Shown one piece after another: positions 7,702 through 19,535 of a stretch of DNA of 24,137 bases (its first letter is position 1; each line of letters starts with the position of its first letter). This DNA comes from a virus (lineage: Duplodnaviria > Heunggongvirae > Uroviricota > Caudoviricetes). The stretch lies in IMG/VR virus record IMGVR_UViG_2602041549_000015, positions 1 to 24,137 of that record. One strand, 5' to 3'. The position numbers were made by a program, and so were the translations under genes. The notes under the pieces were generated by a model. The model ran no database searches. It was not told the DNA's origin and saw nothing but the letters and a program-made list of their open reading frames with translations.

Positions 7702-9543
7702 TTACTGCTGTGTTGCCTCAGTGGCAAGCAGCGGTCTGATGGCATTTGCAGCGTTACTTAATGCTCTTTCATAGGCTGGCGTTCCAGCTTTAGTGTTTGC
7801 CAGACGTAAGAGAGCATTCCTTGCTGCTTTGGACTCATACAAGCGCATCATTGCACCGAAACCAGCCTCAAGCCCCATTGATACGCCAAGAGTCGCAGTT
7901 GCGCCAATCGTCCTTATCCTATTGGCTTGCGATTGCCCCGTCTGAGTTACTACATTTGCGGTGTCTGACCTTGCTGTTTGCTGTAGAACTTCATGAAGAG
8001 CATCAAGCTCTTTCATGTGCTTTCCAGAAAAAATAGTGTTGTAAATTTCACCGCCTGACTGAGATTTCAGCTTATTAACTTCAGTGATGAACTTGGCTGG
8101 AGAGTCACCGGCCTTTTCCGCTATTTTGCTGACGTAAGCTGCACGCATAGCATCTTTCCCTTTATCATCCAATGCGCTCCAGATTCGTTTCACGTCAGAT
8201 GGTTTTCTGCTTAATACAACGGTATTTATAAGTTCAGGACTGGCTTCACTGCTTGCCTTGTTGAGCTTGTTAGCAATGTTTTTATTAAGCACCTTATTAT
8301 AAACGTTTGCATAATCGGAATTTGCTTTAAGGTATTTTGCTGCGTCTGATGCACCGAGGTTTTTTGCAACTGCGTTACGAAGATCTTTTGACATTGCATT
8401 CTCTACCATATTGGTAGCTGCTTTTGCCTGGTTGGGGAAGACCATAGCATCTCCCTGAACATTAGATCTAAATGCTGTTCTGTGCTGACGCAAGAGATCA
8501 AACGTAACATCCAAATCAGTTGCAGGGTTTGCTAATTCTTCACGTAGGTTACGCAAGGATGTAAGCAGGCTTTGATTGGCAGACGTCCCAAGCCGTTCCT
8601 GTCTTGCGATCGCTGTATTCAGAGCATTCATGGTATTTGTGGTATCAACTGCGGCATTACCCATTTTATTGGTGACGTCATTGATAACAGCGCCAGCGGC
8701 ATCCTTCCGCCCCCTTAACGTGGTGGTCAGAGATTTCACCACATCATCAGGGTTGTACTCACCAAAACGGTCAAAATAATTGCTTACCAGCTTACTACGC
8801 GTTGCATATTGCTCCGCACGCTTTGAACCTGTCCCTAGCAAAGCCCCCTCAGCATCCTGAGTAAGGCCACGAGTGAAAGCATTTTTCGGCGTGATTACAT
8901 CAGATGTCATAGGTGTCACGCCCATCGATTCTGATGTGGCAATTTTTTTCGCTACTTCTGGCGCAATATCGCCTTTTATAGCCGTTATTCCACGACCTAT
9001 TCCCTTTGCTGCTGCGGAAAGAACACCCTGAGCAGCAAGGTTAACTCCGGCATTTTTAGCTGCATTTTGTGCGAAATCGCCTTTCTGATTTGCGGCCTCT
9101 GCCAGTGATCCAATAGCCATGCTTCCTGCCGTTCCAACTCCTGGAACTAAATACCCGCCAATTGTTTCTCCAGCTTGCGCATAAGGGTCTGTTGGTCGAT
9201 CTACTGGACGATAGACATCGTCCAAAACCTTGGGGCCACCAAGCCCCTGGCTGATTGCATTAATCAGACTTGCGCCACCCTGCAATACGTCAAATGGTAT
9301 GTTTACCAGACCACGACCAGCCTGCTCTGCAATTTGCCCTGCACTTTGACCACCTGTGAGCCAATCGCCAGCTTGTTGCATCAATGATGGTTCTTCACGT
9401 GCTGGTTCATTATTGGCCTGATTAACTGTTTGTTGCTGAACAGCCTGACCAGCAAAATACTCATCAATGGCGGTGCCAATATCTTCCGTGCTCGTACCAT
9501 CAGGGAAGGTAAATGTCTTACCGTTTGCAGTTACTTTCATCAT
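7702..9543 (-). CDS. Ejection (internal virion) protein gp16
   Basis: 613 aa; matches P22 gp16 in sequence as recalled, in size and in position; start overlaps the gp20 stop (ATGA). Confidence 0.9.
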   Translation of the reverse strand: MMKVTANGKTFTFPDGTSTEDIGTAIDEYFAGQAVQQQTVNQANNEPAREEPSLMQQAGDWLTGGQSAGQIAEQAGRGLVNIPFDVLQGGASLINAISQGLGGPKVLDDVYRPVDRPTDPYAQAGETIGGYLVPGVGTAGSMAIGSLAEAANQKGDFAQNAAKNAGVNLAAQGVLSAAAKGIGRGITAIKGDIAPEVAKKIATSESMGVTPMTSDVITPKNAFTRGLTQDAEGALLGTGSKRAEQYATRSKLVSNYFDRFGEYNPDDVVKSLTTTLRGRKDAAGAVINDVTNKMGNAAVDTTNTMNALNTAIARQERLGTSANQSLLTSLRNLREELANPATDLDVTFDLLRQHRTAFRSNVQGDAMVFPNQAKAATNMVENAMSKDLRNAVAKNLGASDAAKYLKANSDYANVYNKVLNKNIANKLNKASSEASPELINTVVLSRKPSDVKRIWSALDDKGKDAMRAAYVSKIAEKAGDSPAKFITEVNKLKSQSGGEIYNTIFSGKHMKELDALHEVLQQTARSDTANVVTQTGQSQANRIRTIGATATLGVSMGLEAGFGAMMRLYESKAARNALLRLANTKAGTPAYERALSNAANAIRPLLATEATQQ

Positions 9544-10955
9544 TCCACCGTAAATTGAATGCCTGATTTTGAGGTATATGATCCAACCTGATTCCGTGGT
9601 TCTCCTGAAGGTGTCGAATCTTGTGCTGGCGCTGCGTCAGTATTCATTGACATATACCGCTTAACGGCACTCCCCAATGATTCACCTTTTTTAACATCCA
9701 ACCCCAATATCTGACCGCCATTACGCGATTGTCCAGGGTTGCCATTCGCGCTCATCCACTCGGCTTTAAACTCATTAAACTGCGCGTTTCGTCGCTCAAG
9801 GTTTGCCATAGCATCAAGCCATCTTGCGACCGTCTCAGGGTTATCCATGTCAGTTGGCGCACCCTGTCGAACGATCTCAACGTCTTTATCCGTTGCTGGG
9901 CCGGGAGGTAGGAATTTAAGAACCTGACTGTTAACAAGGGCATTTTGGCGAATGCGCAAATCACGCAATGTCGTATCGCTTCCGGTAAGTTTTGCGAACA
10001 TGTTCTGTGCGTTACCGAACAAACCTGTCGTTGGTTTTTCTGCTCTGAACTGTTGAGCAAGCGCACTCATGGAATTGGCTGAGTTTGATGATGCTGTGGC
10101 ATTGTTTACAGCCGTCTCGATGCCTTTTTCCATGTTTACTGACAGCTTAGGTGCTTCGCTAATCAACTGCTGAGCCTTTTCCTGCGCTTGCTGCATCTTA
10201 AACCCGAACTCTTGCTGATCCAGAGCCAAGCGTTGTGCTGCGATATTGTGCCCAGTCATTGCTGACTGATAGGAAAGGTTTTGCCCTCTCGCCTGAAGTG
10301 CTTCACCAGCCTGATTGCTGCGGATTGTCTCTGCCAGCCTGCCTCGGTCAATTTCACGACCAGCCATCTTATCCTGAACAGCAAACGCCTTTTCTGGTCC
10401 AAGCGCACCGAGAGACATAGTAGTCAGCATGTGTGATAGCTGCTCTGGATTCTGGATACCTGTCTGAATCATCCAGTCAGCATTAGCACCAACGCGATTT
10501 AACCTGTCCTTGTTGTCAGTAATGAATTTACTGTAGGCTTCCGGTCCCTGAGAAAGAGCGACGTTAGCCCTCATGGCTAAATCGCCCATATCGTTGCGTT
10601 GCTGCTCATTAAGACCGGAAAACGCCTGTTGTGCCTGTGCAACAAACGCTGGATTTTCCTGGGCAAACTTAAATAGTCCCGATGGATCACCAGAAGCCCA
10701 TGCATCAGCGTGAACCTTATTGAACGCACTAATAGCTTTCTGTTGCTGTTCCTGATTGTAAATATCAGCAACTCCAGCCAGACCACGTAACGCGGTCAGG
10801 CCAACGTTATTTGCACCTGAGCGAGCCAACTCATTGTTTTCGCGGATCAGACCAAGCGTTGCGTTAATGTCGCTTGCCTTTGGCGCATTCTCATTTTGCG
10901 TACCGATACCAGCCAGAAAACCACCAGAATTAATACCCTGTTGCCACGTAGCCAT
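9540..10955 (-). CDS. Ejection protein gp20
   Basis: 471 aa, same length as P22 gp20; sequence and position match. Confidence 0.9.
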   Translation of the reverse strand: MATWQQGINSGGFLAGIGTQNENAPKASDINATLGLIRENNELARSGANNVGLTALRGLAGVADIYNQEQQQKAISAFNKVHADAWASGDPSGLFKFAQENPAFVAQAQQAFSGLNEQQRNDMGDLAMRANVALSQGPEAYSKFITDNKDRLNRVGANADWMIQTGIQNPEQLSHMLTTMSLGALGPEKAFAVQDKMAGREIDRGRLAETIRSNQAGEALQARGQNLSYQSAMTGHNIAAQRLALDQQEFGFKMQQAQEKAQQLISEAPKLSVNMEKGIETAVNNATASSNSANSMSALAQQFRAEKPTTGLFGNAQNMFAKLTGSDTTLRDLRIRQNALVNSQVLKFLPPGPATDKDVEIVRQGAPTDMDNPETVARWLDAMANLERRNAQFNEFKAEWMSANGNPGQSRNGGQILGLDVKKGESLGSAVKRYMSMNTDAAPAQDSTPSGEPRNQVGSYTSKSGIQFTVE

Positions 10956-10965
10956 TGATTACCCC

Positions 10966-11661
10966 TTAAAACAACGAGCCAAGCAGACCAAGACCGCCGC
11001 CAACAGCGGCACCAATACCTGTACCAATACCAGGAACAATGCTGCCAAGTTGTGCTCCAGCAATTGCTCCAGAGGCAGCCCCGCCTATTGCAGATTGAAG
11101 GCCGGAAGGTCTGTTGGCATTTGCCGCTGCAAGAGCCGCACTTTGCTGCGAAATCTGACTCATGTTGTTGGCATATGTCTGCCCTGCGTTTGCCTGACCT
11201 TGCAGAGCACCAAGCCCAACGTTTGCCAGATTCTGGTAGTTGTTCATCTGACCAGACAGCCACTGCTGACCAAGCGTTGGTGCGATTGCTGCTAACTGAT
11301 TACCGGTTGCAGTGGAACCCAATCCACCTGTTGCTTCCGCTGCCGCCAGACTCTGATAGCGAGCCTGACCAGCAAGATCTTTATACTGCTGAGAGTTGTA
11401 ATACTGGTTAAGTGCCTGACCTTGCCCTTCCAGAGACGATAAGTTCTCGAGGCTGCCGACATACTTCTCAGCCAGAGGAGTAAACGGCTTCAGGTTGTTC
11501 ATGATGGTGTTGAACTGCTGATCTTGCTTGTCTGCGGCATACTTCTGAGCTTCTGCGGCATACTTTGCGCTTTTATCAGAACTGCCACCTTTCCCGCCTT
11601 TTTCAGGGCAATAAGGTTCCTCGCCGCGCAGTTTTCTGCCCAGCTTAAATGCATATAACAT
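10966..11661 (-). CDS. Ejection protein gp7
   Basis: 231 aa; MLYAFKLGRKLRGEEP... with Gln/Asn-rich middle and Gly-rich hydrophobic C-terminus, matching P22 gp7 as recalled. Confidence 0.9.
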   Translation of the reverse strand: MLYAFKLGRKLRGEEPYCPEKGGKGGSSDKSAKYAAEAQKYAADKQDQQFNTIMNNLKPFTPLAEKYVGSLENLSSLEGQGQALNQYYNSQQYKDLAGQARYQSLAAAEATGGLGSTATGNQLAAIAPTLGQQWLSGQMNNYQNLANVGLGALQGQANAGQTYANNMSQISQQSAALAAANANRPSGLQSAIGGAASGAIAGAQLGSIVPGIGTGIGAAVGGGLGLLGSLF

Positions 11662-11663
11662 GG

Positions 11664-12119
11664 CTATCTCCCGTGATTCAGGAAGTCGATTAGTTCTTCG
11701 CGTGTGGCGCTGTAAAAAGTCACGTCATCCACGCCTTTGAAGTATTTCTTGATGGTTCCTACACGCTTAAGGCCAATCATTGCGCAGTACATCTGACCGT
11801 GGCGGAATTTGCGTGCAGCAAATGATGTGACGCACTGAACGGTGGTGTTGGTCAAAATGTATCGCCAGAACGCCATCCCTATTTCCTTGCTGAATCCGCG
11901 AATCTCTGGCAGGTACATGGCGTGGCAATCAAAGGTCAGCGGCTGAATCTCCTGATAATAAACAATTCCGCCGAACTGCCCGTGCACGCTCACCTCAAAG
12001 TAACGGCAATCATGTTTGTAGTCGTATCCATCACCGTTGTTGCTTCCGGCAATAATGTCAGGGTGATTTCCGACTGCTTCGATCAGGTCGATGTTTCGCG
12101 TTGGTTTGAACTGAATCAT
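11664..12119 (-). CDS. gp14-like virion assembly protein (called by position)
   Basis: 151-aa ORF between the tail needle and gp7 genes, the position of gene 14 in P22; I cannot confirm the sequence from memory. Confidence 0.6.
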   Translation of the reverse strand: MIQFKPTRNIDLIEAVGNHPDIIAGSNNGDGYDYKHDCRYFEVSVHGQFGGIVYYQEIQPLTFDCHAMYLPEIRGFSKEIGMAFWRYILTNTTVQCVTSFAARKFRHGQMYCAMIGLKRVGTIKKYFKGVDDVTFYSATREELIDFLNHGR

Positions 12120-12967
12120 TACTGCTCCGCGATTATCTTGATGGTTGTGGCAGTAAACGCCGCACCATTTGACTGAATGGTTAACGTACTGCCATTTGTG
12201 GCAAGAAAGCCGTCTTTATCCACGCTGAAGAACGTAGCTAACAGGATGTTGTCGGTTGTTGTCGCCGCATTACGACTGCTGACCAACGTGTCAGGAACAG
12301 AGCCGGAAAAGGTTAGCTGCATTGACCTGTTGGCGGTTCCGCTGGGCCACGTCCCGACGATCGACAGCTTGAAGAACAAGGTTTTGTTCTCGTTGAACAC
12401 AACCATCTTGTTGTTAACGGTGTCGAAGAATGGTGCCAACGTGCCGGATGACGGCGTGAGCGTTTTCAGCAGGCTAACAAGGTTGGTCGGCGCTGTCGGG
12501 ATGGTTACAGATACGCCAGAGTAAACAACCTCTGACTTCTTGCGAGTAGTGGCATACTCCAGAGCATCAATGCGCGTTTCATGGTCTGAAACCTGCAACT
12601 CCAGCGACTGAACTCTGGTATCAAGCGACGCAATATCGCTTTCATTCTGAGCGATTCGCGTTTCATGGTCCTGAAGAGTTGATTCTGCCTGGCTGATTCG
12701 CTCCTCATGATTAACAAGCGTTGCTTCCGCAGCAGAAATTCGCTGCTCATGGTCAGCGAGAATCACATCCTGCTCATCGTTCCTGACTTGTGCGTCATAA
12801 GCGCCCTGTCCGGCCTCGTTGGCCTTGTTCGCCACATTACCAACATCAGTACCCTGTGCGATAACGTAAAGCAGATACGACTGCGAGAAGATATTGCGTG
12901 GAAGTACTGATGTGTCGAGTCGTGTAGCCTGAATGATTACCGGCACATTGAGATTAGAATCCGCCAT
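12119..12967 (-). CDS. Tail needle protein gp26 with C-terminal knob domain
   Basis: 282 aa; N-terminus [43 protein letters not shown]... matches the gp26 N-terminal domain, followed by heptad repeats and a ~130-aa C-terminal domain absent from the 233-aa P22 gp26 (Sf6-type knob architecture). Confidence 0.85.
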   Translation of the reverse strand: MADSNLNVPVIIQATRLDTSVLPRNIFSQSYLLYVIAQGTDVGNVANKANEAGQGAYDAQVRNDEQDVILADHEQRISAAEATLVNHEERISQAESTLQDHETRIAQNESDIASLDTRVQSLELQVSDHETRIDALEYATTRKKSEVVYSGVSVTIPTAPTNLVSLLKTLTPSSGTLAPFFDTVNNKMVVFNENKTLFFKLSIVGTWPSGTANRSMQLTFSGSVPDTLVSSRNAATTTDNILLATFFSVDKDGFLATNGSTLTIQSNGAAFTATTIKIIAEQ

Positions 12968-14385
12968 TACTCAATCCTTATCTGAGCGCCAGACAGAGTG
13001 ACAGGTGACTTCGTGATAACGCGCAATTTGAAGCCGACATTTTTCCTGATGCGCCCGACTCGCTTCCACAAAACGCGTTTGTCGTAAACGAACGGTTCAT
13101 TCTGCTCAATCATCTGCTCACGCCCGTAATTTATGCCGTCAGTGGTTGCAGAGAGGAACAGGCGGTCGGCGTACTGCGCAACGCCAGTTGACGATTCAAC
13201 TTCAAGGTCGAAAACTCTGGCGTTATCCGCTTTGAACAACGGAGTAAACAGCAGGTGTTCCTGTTGCTTGTCGTACTGGCTGCTGATGTCGAATTGCAAT
13301 TTCCCGGTCACGGACTCCAGTTTATCGCCGCACGTTATCTGATTTCCTTCGTAAATGAAGTCGATAGCGCGGTACACATCGTCATACAGACCTGTTTTCA
13401 GCACACACCATTGCGGACCATTGGCGCTTGAAGATGCGTCGTACACGAGAACATGGCGTGCAAGATGGATAATCAGCAACTCATGCGCATCAAATCGCAG
13501 AGATTCCATCACGCCATCAGCCAGTTCATCAGCAGTGTAGGAGCGGAGTATTTTCTCAATGCTCGCGCTGGCGATTGGTGACACCTGACCAGAGCCGATG
13601 ATGTATACAGACGGCGCACCCGTTGCCGGATTGCTGATGAACGCATACGAATCAGCAAACTGCGTTTTGCAGTAGGTTCCGGCAATGCCTTTCTGCACCA
13701 TTAACGATGGCTGGGCGACATACAAAGCAGCACCAACGGTGGTTGCCCCAGTCAGGGAAAAATACTCAATCGTCGATGAACCAAAACAGACGATGAAGTC
13801 TCGCCATGTTCCGATGCCAATGATGCCGTCAGGCTGCGATTCTGCACGATATTGTGCGCTGTAGCGGTCAGGATGCGATTCGTCTTCAAGGTCAGTGATA
13901 AACCATGAATCAGTTCCGTCTTTTGACCACGCATAACGCCCACGTAAACGCGTAATGTCGCGAACCGAACCTAACTCATACTGAGTGAATCCGCTGTCTG
14001 TAGGCCAGTTTGAGACTGTTTTAACCGTGCCATCATAGCGATACTCGACCAGTTGACCATTAACACCTACCGCCTGTGATGTTCGACCATGCGCCATTGA
14101 TACGCGACCACTTCCGGCGACGTCACCGACTTCGCTTTCTCCTTTGTACAGTTTGCCACCACACACGCGATAAACAGCATTCTGCGCCATGTTGTACTCG
14201 ACGCCGCGAGATACACCGTTCACATCAGAGCGTTTGGCAATGCCAGGGAATGAGCGAAGATATCCGCTGCTGTTCAGGATTTCTTTGGGTGTAGCCAGCA
14301 TATTCACTGGCAGATAGTCGATATAGTCGGCGTTTCGAAAGTCTTTGCCGACACCTTTCATAAGCGGAAGTTGCTGAATCGGCAT
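12967..14385 (-). CDS. Tail accessory factor gp10
   Basis: 472 aa, same length as P22 gp10; sequence and position match. Confidence 0.9.
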   Translation of the reverse strand: MPIQQLPLMKGVGKDFRNADYIDYLPVNMLATPKEILNSSGYLRSFPGIAKRSDVNGVSRGVEYNMAQNAVYRVCGGKLYKGESEVGDVAGSGRVSMAHGRTSQAVGVNGQLVEYRYDGTVKTVSNWPTDSGFTQYELGSVRDITRLRGRYAWSKDGTDSWFITDLEDESHPDRYSAQYRAESQPDGIIGIGTWRDFIVCFGSSTIEYFSLTGATTVGAALYVAQPSLMVQKGIAGTYCKTQFADSYAFISNPATGAPSVYIIGSGQVSPIASASIEKILRSYTADELADGVMESLRFDAHELLIIHLARHVLVYDASSSANGPQWCVLKTGLYDDVYRAIDFIYEGNQITCGDKLESVTGKLQFDISSQYDKQQEHLLFTPLFKADNARVFDLEVESSTGVAQYADRLFLSATTDGINYGREQMIEQNEPFVYDKRVLWKRVGRIRKNVGFKLRVITKSPVTLSGAQIRIE

Positions 14386-14886
14386 TTATTCGCCCCCGTT
14401 ATCGCAAGGTTCCTTCCGGTGGAAGTAATTCCAACCATTCCACTTCGCCAACTGGTTACCGCTACCAACAGGCATACGGTTTGGATAACCGGACTTACAT
14501 TTAGCGGCTTTTGCTCTGTCCATTGCAGACAGTTTGACGAGTCGCTCTTTCCCGTATCTGGCAGTGGTTATAAGTTTTGCTGGCGCTTCCAGCGCATAAT
14601 CCGGAGCAATGCGGCAGGCAAGGTTGAAAATGACGGCATTGATGGCGTTATTTGATAAACCGTGCTCATCGCCCTGATCCGGAGCGACATCTGCATCAGC
14701 AAAAATGTAGCCAACGTTGATACCAGGTGACGCATCACCGCCAAGCCATTCAGCCATCATCATTTCAAGGTCGTTGACGCCGTCTTCCATAGACTGCGGT
14801 TCGACATCGGTTAACGTGGCATTTGATGCCACACCGAGCTTACGTAATGCCGCAAGAACTAAATCACCCTTCGTTGTCAGGTTCAT
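14386..14886 (-). CDS. Tail accessory factor (head completion protein) gp4
   Basis: Track ORF 14386..14967; starting at the internal Met ([33 protein letters not shown]...) gives 166 aa, the length of P22 gp4; the upstream QSQSQSQ extension comes from the hexanucleotide repeat read in another frame. Confidence 0.85.
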   Translation of the reverse strand: MNLTTKGDLVLAALRKLGVASNATLTDVEPQSMEDGVNDLEMMMAEWLGGDASPGINVGYIFADADVAPDQGDEHGLSNNAINAVIFNLACRIAPDYALEAPAKLITTARYGKERLVKLSAMDRAKAAKCKSGYPNRMPVGSGNQLAKWNGWNYFHRKEPCDNGGE

Positions 14887-15106
14887 CTGCTGCCGCCTTA
14901 GGTTTTCGACCAGGCTTTTTACGCTGTTTTTCTTCTGGCTCTGGCTCTGGCTCTGGCTCTGCAACATCCTTCAGAAGATCATCAGGATGTGCAAACCAGC
15001 CAGCATCCAGATATTCCTGAAGCTCTTCGGCTTTCACGATTTCAAAGTCGTATCCAACGCCTTTCCATTTCTTCATGTCGCCATGACGAAAGATCATGTG
15101 TGTCAT
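14864..15106 (-). CDS. Hypothetical small protein between the coat and gp4 genes (80 aa) with an EPEPEPEP repeat and basic tail
   Basis: Internal ATG of track ORF 14864..15286 ([32 protein letters not shown]...), preceded by GGAGA; the longer track ORF would overlap the coat gene 3' end. Confidence 0.5.
   Translation of the reverse strand: MTHMIFRHGDMKKWKGVGYDFEIVKAEELQEYLDAGWFAHPDDLLKDVAEPEPEPEPEEKQRKKPGRKPKAAADEPDNEG
14935..14961. repeat. Tandem hexanucleotide repeat (CTGGCT) x4.5
   Basis: Seen directly on the plus strand; encodes EPEPEPEP in the 80-aa ORF and QSQSQSQ in the overlapping frame. Confidence 0.8.
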
Positions 15107-15120
15107 GCTTGTCTCCAGAT

Positions 15121-15144
15121 AAAAAGGGAGCCGAAGCTCCCTCT
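15121..15144 (-). terminator. Terminator-like hairpin immediately after the coat gene (possible attenuator)
   Basis: On the minus strand GGGAGC-UUCG-GCUCCC followed by UUUUU, between the coat stop (15150) and the next start (15106). Confidence 0.5.
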
Positions 15145-15149
15145 GGTTA

Positions 15150-16445
15150 TCACGCGGTCTGATTAGGCAGACCAACACCAATTGCTTCTGGTCGTACAGC
15201 ACATGCTGAATACCACACAGCAATACGGCACTTACCAGACAGAGTGTTGATATCACCCTGCGTTGCGAAGATGCCGTTAACACCAATACCAGGAATGCTG
15301 AAGGAAGACGTTTTCATGCCAGCAAACAGTTCATGGGTTACCGGGATCGGCTGAGACAGAAGGCGGATTGAGTCATCAGCCCAGAACACGTTAGCGGTGG
15401 TTGTTGCCACGTTCAGAACGTTTACCGGAGTGGTATCAGCAAGAGAGGTGTTTACGTTAGCGTAAGCCTTCTCTTCTTTTGTCAGTGACGCGTCATCCAG
15501 TGCAATCGGTTTCGGCGTGATTTCGATGTGAGTACCATCGATCACACGGGTGATTGAGAAAGTAGCATCATCAGTTAGCACGTTCTTCGCCATCTGAGAC
15601 AGGAATTTCACACCAGTGAAACTGATTTTGTCGCCGCGCTTAAATCCGGTGGTGGAGGATACGGTCACCGTTGCAACACGGTTGTCGACGTTCTCTTTGT
15701 TACCATCGGTATCAAGGGTGTATGCCTGCGGCTTAAACTTCTGCGCACCAGAAACAGTTACACCAGTAGCGGTTGACTTGGTAACTGCCGGAAGTTTCGG
15801 TGAGCGAAGAATTTCATCAAAGCCAGCAATCTGACGCTGAATAGTACCGTTGCGATACGCTTCTTCAGGAACGCGACCGAAGATGTCACCATCTACCAGG
15901 TTGCGGCCTGCTTTGCGGTAATCATCAGGGTTCAGGAAGTAACTGATGCCCATATCGCGGTTTAGCTCACGGGAGAACATCAGGCGCTCTGCATCAGACA
16001 CAAAATCCCAGCCAGACAGGCCAGTAGATGGACCAATTGCGCGGGTATCGTGAACAACAAGTGAGCCCATTTCAGTTGCCTGTTTGGCAATCGCTGACTC
16101 AATGTTATTCGCCAGTTTTTTGGCGGATGCCTGGATGCGGCGACGGTAAGAACGCTCATCACGCAGGTCATCTGCACGAAGCTCGAAGAAATCGTTATCC
16201 GGATCACCCATGTTGCATTTCACGGAGAGCTCCAGAATCCCTGTTGCGTTGCCAGTTAAATCCCAGCCAGTCTGGGTTGGCGCTTCCTGCTCAACAGGCA
16301 TCCACACGGTGTTGCTTGAACGCTGCATGGATTCTGCCGGAGGGGTGTATTTTGTCACTTTGGACGCCATTGGCGTCAGGTTCTGGACGGTTTCGATGAT
16401 TTCATCCAGAGCATACGTGACCAGTTGACCTTCATTTAATGCCAT
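15150..16445 (-). CDS. Major coat protein gp5
   Basis: 431 aa; matches P22 coat protein gp5 as recalled. Confidence 0.95.
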   Translation of the reverse strand: MALNEGQLVTYALDEIIETVQNLTPMASKVTKYTPPAESMQRSSNTVWMPVEQEAPTQTGWDLTGNATGILELSVKCNMGDPDNDFFELRADDLRDERSYRRRIQASAKKLANNIESAIAKQATEMGSLVVHDTRAIGPSTGLSGWDFVSDAERLMFSRELNRDMGISYFLNPDDYRKAGRNLVDGDIFGRVPEEAYRNGTIQRQIAGFDEILRSPKLPAVTKSTATGVTVSGAQKFKPQAYTLDTDGNKENVDNRVATVTVSSTTGFKRGDKISFTGVKFLSQMAKNVLTDDATFSITRVIDGTHIEITPKPIALDDASLTKEEKAYANVNTSLADTTPVNVLNVATTTANVFWADDSIRLLSQPIPVTHELFAGMKTSSFSIPGIGVNGIFATQGDINTLSGKCRIAVWYSACAVRPEAIGVGLPNQTA

Positions 16446-17356
16446 TATCGAATTCCTTTATTCAGTTGCGCCTTAAGCTTGCGGTATGTCTCTACATCCC
16501 CTTTGTTTGCTGCCGCTTCCATCTGCTTTTCAATCGCAGATATATTTGCAGCAACAGCGTGTCCCTGAATGGGTTCATCAGGTAGCGGGGCTTCTGAAAC
16601 AGGTTTGGCTCGAGGCTTGAGAGTTAAACGTTCTGACAGTCGAGTGAGTTCAATCAGCGCGGATTGCCCGTCCATCGCCAGCAACTGGCGTGTTTTCTCA
16701 GGATTAGCACCAAGGTGATACATGAGAGCGGCGGATTTCTCCGGGAAGAGGCGCATGATGTCGGCACCGACTGCTTGCGGCACCAGTTGCATGAATGCAT
16801 CCTCTTTCTCCTGATAGTCAGGGATATTGAGCTTTTCCGCTGCGTCGTAGTGCTTACGGGCTGCCTCGACGTATTGCGCTGATTGCTGGGTGAACTCCTG
16901 AGTTTTGCGACCCTGCTCGGCGACAGCCTGGCTTCGCGCGTCCATAGCCTTGATCTGCCATTCACTGTTTGCCTGCTGGAAGGCAGCCAGTGCGCGGCTC
17001 TGGTCATAGTCGTACTTAGCCAGTGCGTCTTCGGAAAGATAATCGTTAGGGTCTGGTTGTTTTGGTAACTCAGGGTTCACCCGCAGGTGCTCCGGCAACT
17101 CTCCCCGCTTAACCGCTTCCATCTGTTGCTCAAGCTCACGCTGGCGTTTGCGTTCGATGCGGCGACGGGCAAATTCAGCATTAGTTGCCGGGTCTTGTTT
17201 TGGTTTCTCATCGTCTTTCAGGACAATCTCGAAGCCTTCTTCCTGACCTGCGTTGTCGTTGGCATTATCGACAACTAAGCCATCAGCAGATGCCGCTGCA
17301 TGATTGCCGGGCAGGGTTAATTCTTCAGAAGCCTGAATGTCGGTGGTTTGGTCCAT
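16445..17356 (-). CDS. Scaffolding protein gp8
   Basis: 303 aa, same length as P22 gp8; sequence matches as recalled. Confidence 0.95.
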   Translation of the reverse strand: MDQTTDIQASEELTLPGNHAAASADGLVVDNANDNAGQEEGFEIVLKDDEKPKQDPATNAEFARRRIERKRQRELEQQMEAVKRGELPEHLRVNPELPKQPDPNDYLSEDALAKYDYDQSRALAAFQQANSEWQIKAMDARSQAVAEQGRKTQEFTQQSAQYVEAARKHYDAAEKLNIPDYQEKEDAFMQLVPQAVGADIMRLFPEKSAALMYHLGANPEKTRQLLAMDGQSALIELTRLSERLTLKPRAKPVSEAPLPDEPIQGHAVAANISAIEKQMEAAANKGDVETYRKLKAQLNKGIR

Positions 17357-17369
17357 GATTAACTCTCTC

Positions 17370-19535
17370 TTATTGAGGTGTCTCGGCTACTCCGCCGGAG
17401 GGGATTTGAACTTGACGCATAAGATTCGCGAAATCCATGCGTTGTGAATGAGTCTGGTCTGCATCTTTAAGAAGCAGCTCAGCGTTAGCACGAGCATCTT
17501 TGCTGCGCTGTTGCTGGAATTGACCTACGAGCTTGAGGTACTCACGCAGTTCTGCCTGCTTGTCGAGGTCCATATTGTTGAATATTTCTGCAATCTTCGC
17601 GGCGTTGAGTTGGTTTTGGGCTTCAACCTTGGCGGCCTCAACCTGAATCTGCGCCTGTTGGTTCTCTGCCTTGAGCAATTCAGCCTGACCTTGCAGAAGG
17701 ATACCCTGCGCCTGAATTTGCTCTGCTGATGGCTGCTGCGGCTGTTGTTGTGCCTGCTGTACCATCTCCATCTCTTCAGGTGTTTCTGGTTTCTTCAGCC
17801 CCATCATCACCAGTTGCTTGTTAGCGTACTCTCGCATCATCTCGACGCCTTTACCGTCAAGCAGCGTGAAGTATTGCAGCATCAGCATCTGGAACTCTGG
17901 AGTACCTTGCGGAACCTTGGTGAGCAACTCCTGAATCTCTGCGCGGTTCTGTTCCTTCATACTCTGGAAGGATGGTCCAACGTCCGTATAGCACTCATAG
18001 CGACCACGAATGTCGTTGAGTGTGACCACATTGCCGGACTGGTAATCGACAACTTGCGCATAGAGTTGAACGTCTTTCTCGCTTCCATCTTCAAGTGTCA
18101 GCGTTACATGACGAGGAACGTCATAAATATCGTTGACCATTGAGGCATAAATCTCGCCATCACGTCGCATTGCGGTAGCCAGGTTATCCTGAAACACGTA
18201 TGTCTCAAGGTCTGCCCGCATGTTCAGTTGATTGACAGTATCGAAAGCGACCTGGCCATTTGCCGCCTGCGCATCAACGCCAAGACTAGCCACCTCTTTC
18301 ACTGCGTTGGTGGCTGCCTCAAGCATGTAAGCGTTGGCTTGCGGCACTTCAGGGTTTTCCATGTAGGAGATTGGACCAATCGGCAGGTCGTTACCGTTTT
18401 CATCGGTCCTGTTCTGCAGATAGTACGGATAGTCATCATTTCCACCGTACATGTATTCGTAGCCTTCGATTTGCTCAGGGAAGAAGGTCGGTTTCTTCTT
18501 CGGTGAGCGAGCAACAATATCGGCGTTGAATGACATGATCATGTTACGAAGGCGTTGACCGTCTTTCGTCAGCCTTACCACGCCCTCGTAGCACTCCTTG
18601 TCACCAGCGAATGACCATTCGCCGTACACAGGAACGATTGGGATATGCTCTCCGGCTATCTTCTCGCGGTCTTTCAGTATCTGCGTGCAGGTGATGATCG
18701 ACTTATACACACGCCGACGCTTGACCTTACGCTCTGCTACCTTAATGAATCCACGATTAGCCAGGTCGTCGATGACGTCTTTGATATCCTGCTGGTAATA
18801 GCTGACCGGCTCACCTGTCAGCGGGTCGCGGTAGATGAAGACTTTCTCTTTCTTCTCTTCGACCTCGTAATACTCAGCGACGTAGACGACATCATTCGAT
18901 ACCCACGGAAACAGCCATGTATCGTTCGGATTCTGGAAAGATGGCAAGGTGTCAGGATCAATACCGTAATCCTCTGCGAACTCTTTCCAGCCATTGCGCG
19001 ACAAGGCGTTAATCACCGTGCAGTGCTTAGCGTCGCTCTTATCCATCTGCTTGCTGTTGGCGTCCCATATGACGTGTGAGCAGGCTTCATGGATTGGAAG
19101 GCGTCGGATTACCTGATTGTTGCTTGTTGGGTCGTTGTCTTCGTACTGGGTGACCAGACGCCATGCACCAACGCCGGACTCTATCTGCTCACGAACGCCA
19201 ACGTTAACGGCAATTTTTGCCGTGTTATGGCGCATATCAGTACGATACATCCCCATCAGCACATCGGCAGCATCAGGGTTAGCTCCGTCTTTTGGTCGGA
19301 AGAGAACGTCGATAGGATTCCGGCGCATCTCTGCGACCAGCTTCCTGACCACCGGGCGAACAACATCGAATTGTCCGCGATATTGCAGGGTCGTGTAGTT
19401 TGATAGCCAGTCATCCCATTGCGACACTCGGCTAAAATACAGGTCATTTGTCGCCTCGGTTCTGGCTTCATCGCTCGCCATCCAGTCCGCGTCAAACTTA
19501 CACAGAATGGAATTGAGTCTGTTTTCGTCGGCCAT
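17370..19535 (-). CDS. Portal protein gp1
   Basis: 721 aa; matches P22 portal gp1 as recalled, including the long C-terminal Gln-rich helical barrel region. Confidence 0.95.
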   Translation of the reverse strand: MADENRLNSILCKFDADWMASDEARTEATNDLYFSRVSQWDDWLSNYTTLQYRGQFDVVRPVVRKLVAEMRRNPIDVLFRPKDGANPDAADVLMGMYRTDMRHNTAKIAVNVGVREQIESGVGAWRLVTQYEDNDPTSNNQVIRRLPIHEACSHVIWDANSKQMDKSDAKHCTVINALSRNGWKEFAEDYGIDPDTLPSFQNPNDTWLFPWVSNDVVYVAEYYEVEEKKEKVFIYRDPLTGEPVSYYQQDIKDVIDDLANRGFIKVAERKVKRRRVYKSIITCTQILKDREKIAGEHIPIVPVYGEWSFAGDKECYEGVVRLTKDGQRLRNMIMSFNADIVARSPKKKPTFFPEQIEGYEYMYGGNDDYPYYLQNRTDENGNDLPIGPISYMENPEVPQANAYMLEAATNAVKEVASLGVDAQAANGQVAFDTVNQLNMRADLETYVFQDNLATAMRRDGEIYASMVNDIYDVPRHVTLTLEDGSEKDVQLYAQVVDYQSGNVVTLNDIRGRYECYTDVGPSFQSMKEQNRAEIQELLTKVPQGTPEFQMLMLQYFTLLDGKGVEMMREYANKQLVMMGLKKPETPEEMEMVQQAQQQPQQPSAEQIQAQGILLQGQAELLKAENQQAQIQVEAAKVEAQNQLNAAKIAEIFNNMDLDKQAELREYLKLVGQFQQQRSKDARANAELLLKDADQTHSQRMDFANLMRQVQIPSGGVAETPQ

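Noticed and set aside
7702-7760. Imperfect hairpin (TTGCC...GGCAA) near the convergence of the secreted-protein gene and gene 16
   Set aside because: It falls inside the gene 16 coding 3' end, has a short interrupted stem and no clear U-run.
10834-11295. ORFs of 100-175 aa on the plus strand inside minus-strand structural genes (10834..11295, 14717..15166, 16028..16399, 17745..18143, 19419..19946 and similar)
   Set aside because: They lie antisense to genes with strong P22 homology, have no recognisable products and are the expected by-product of long open frames in coding DNA.
14935-14961. Short tandem repeat considered as a possible CRISPR array
   Set aside because: The unit is 6 bp with no spacers and sits inside a coding region; it is a simple sequence repeat.
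14887-14967. N-terminal extension of gp4 beginning [11 protein letters not shown]
   Set aside because: The extension is the hexanucleotide repeat read in another frame; the internal Met gives exactly the 166-aa P22 gp4 length.
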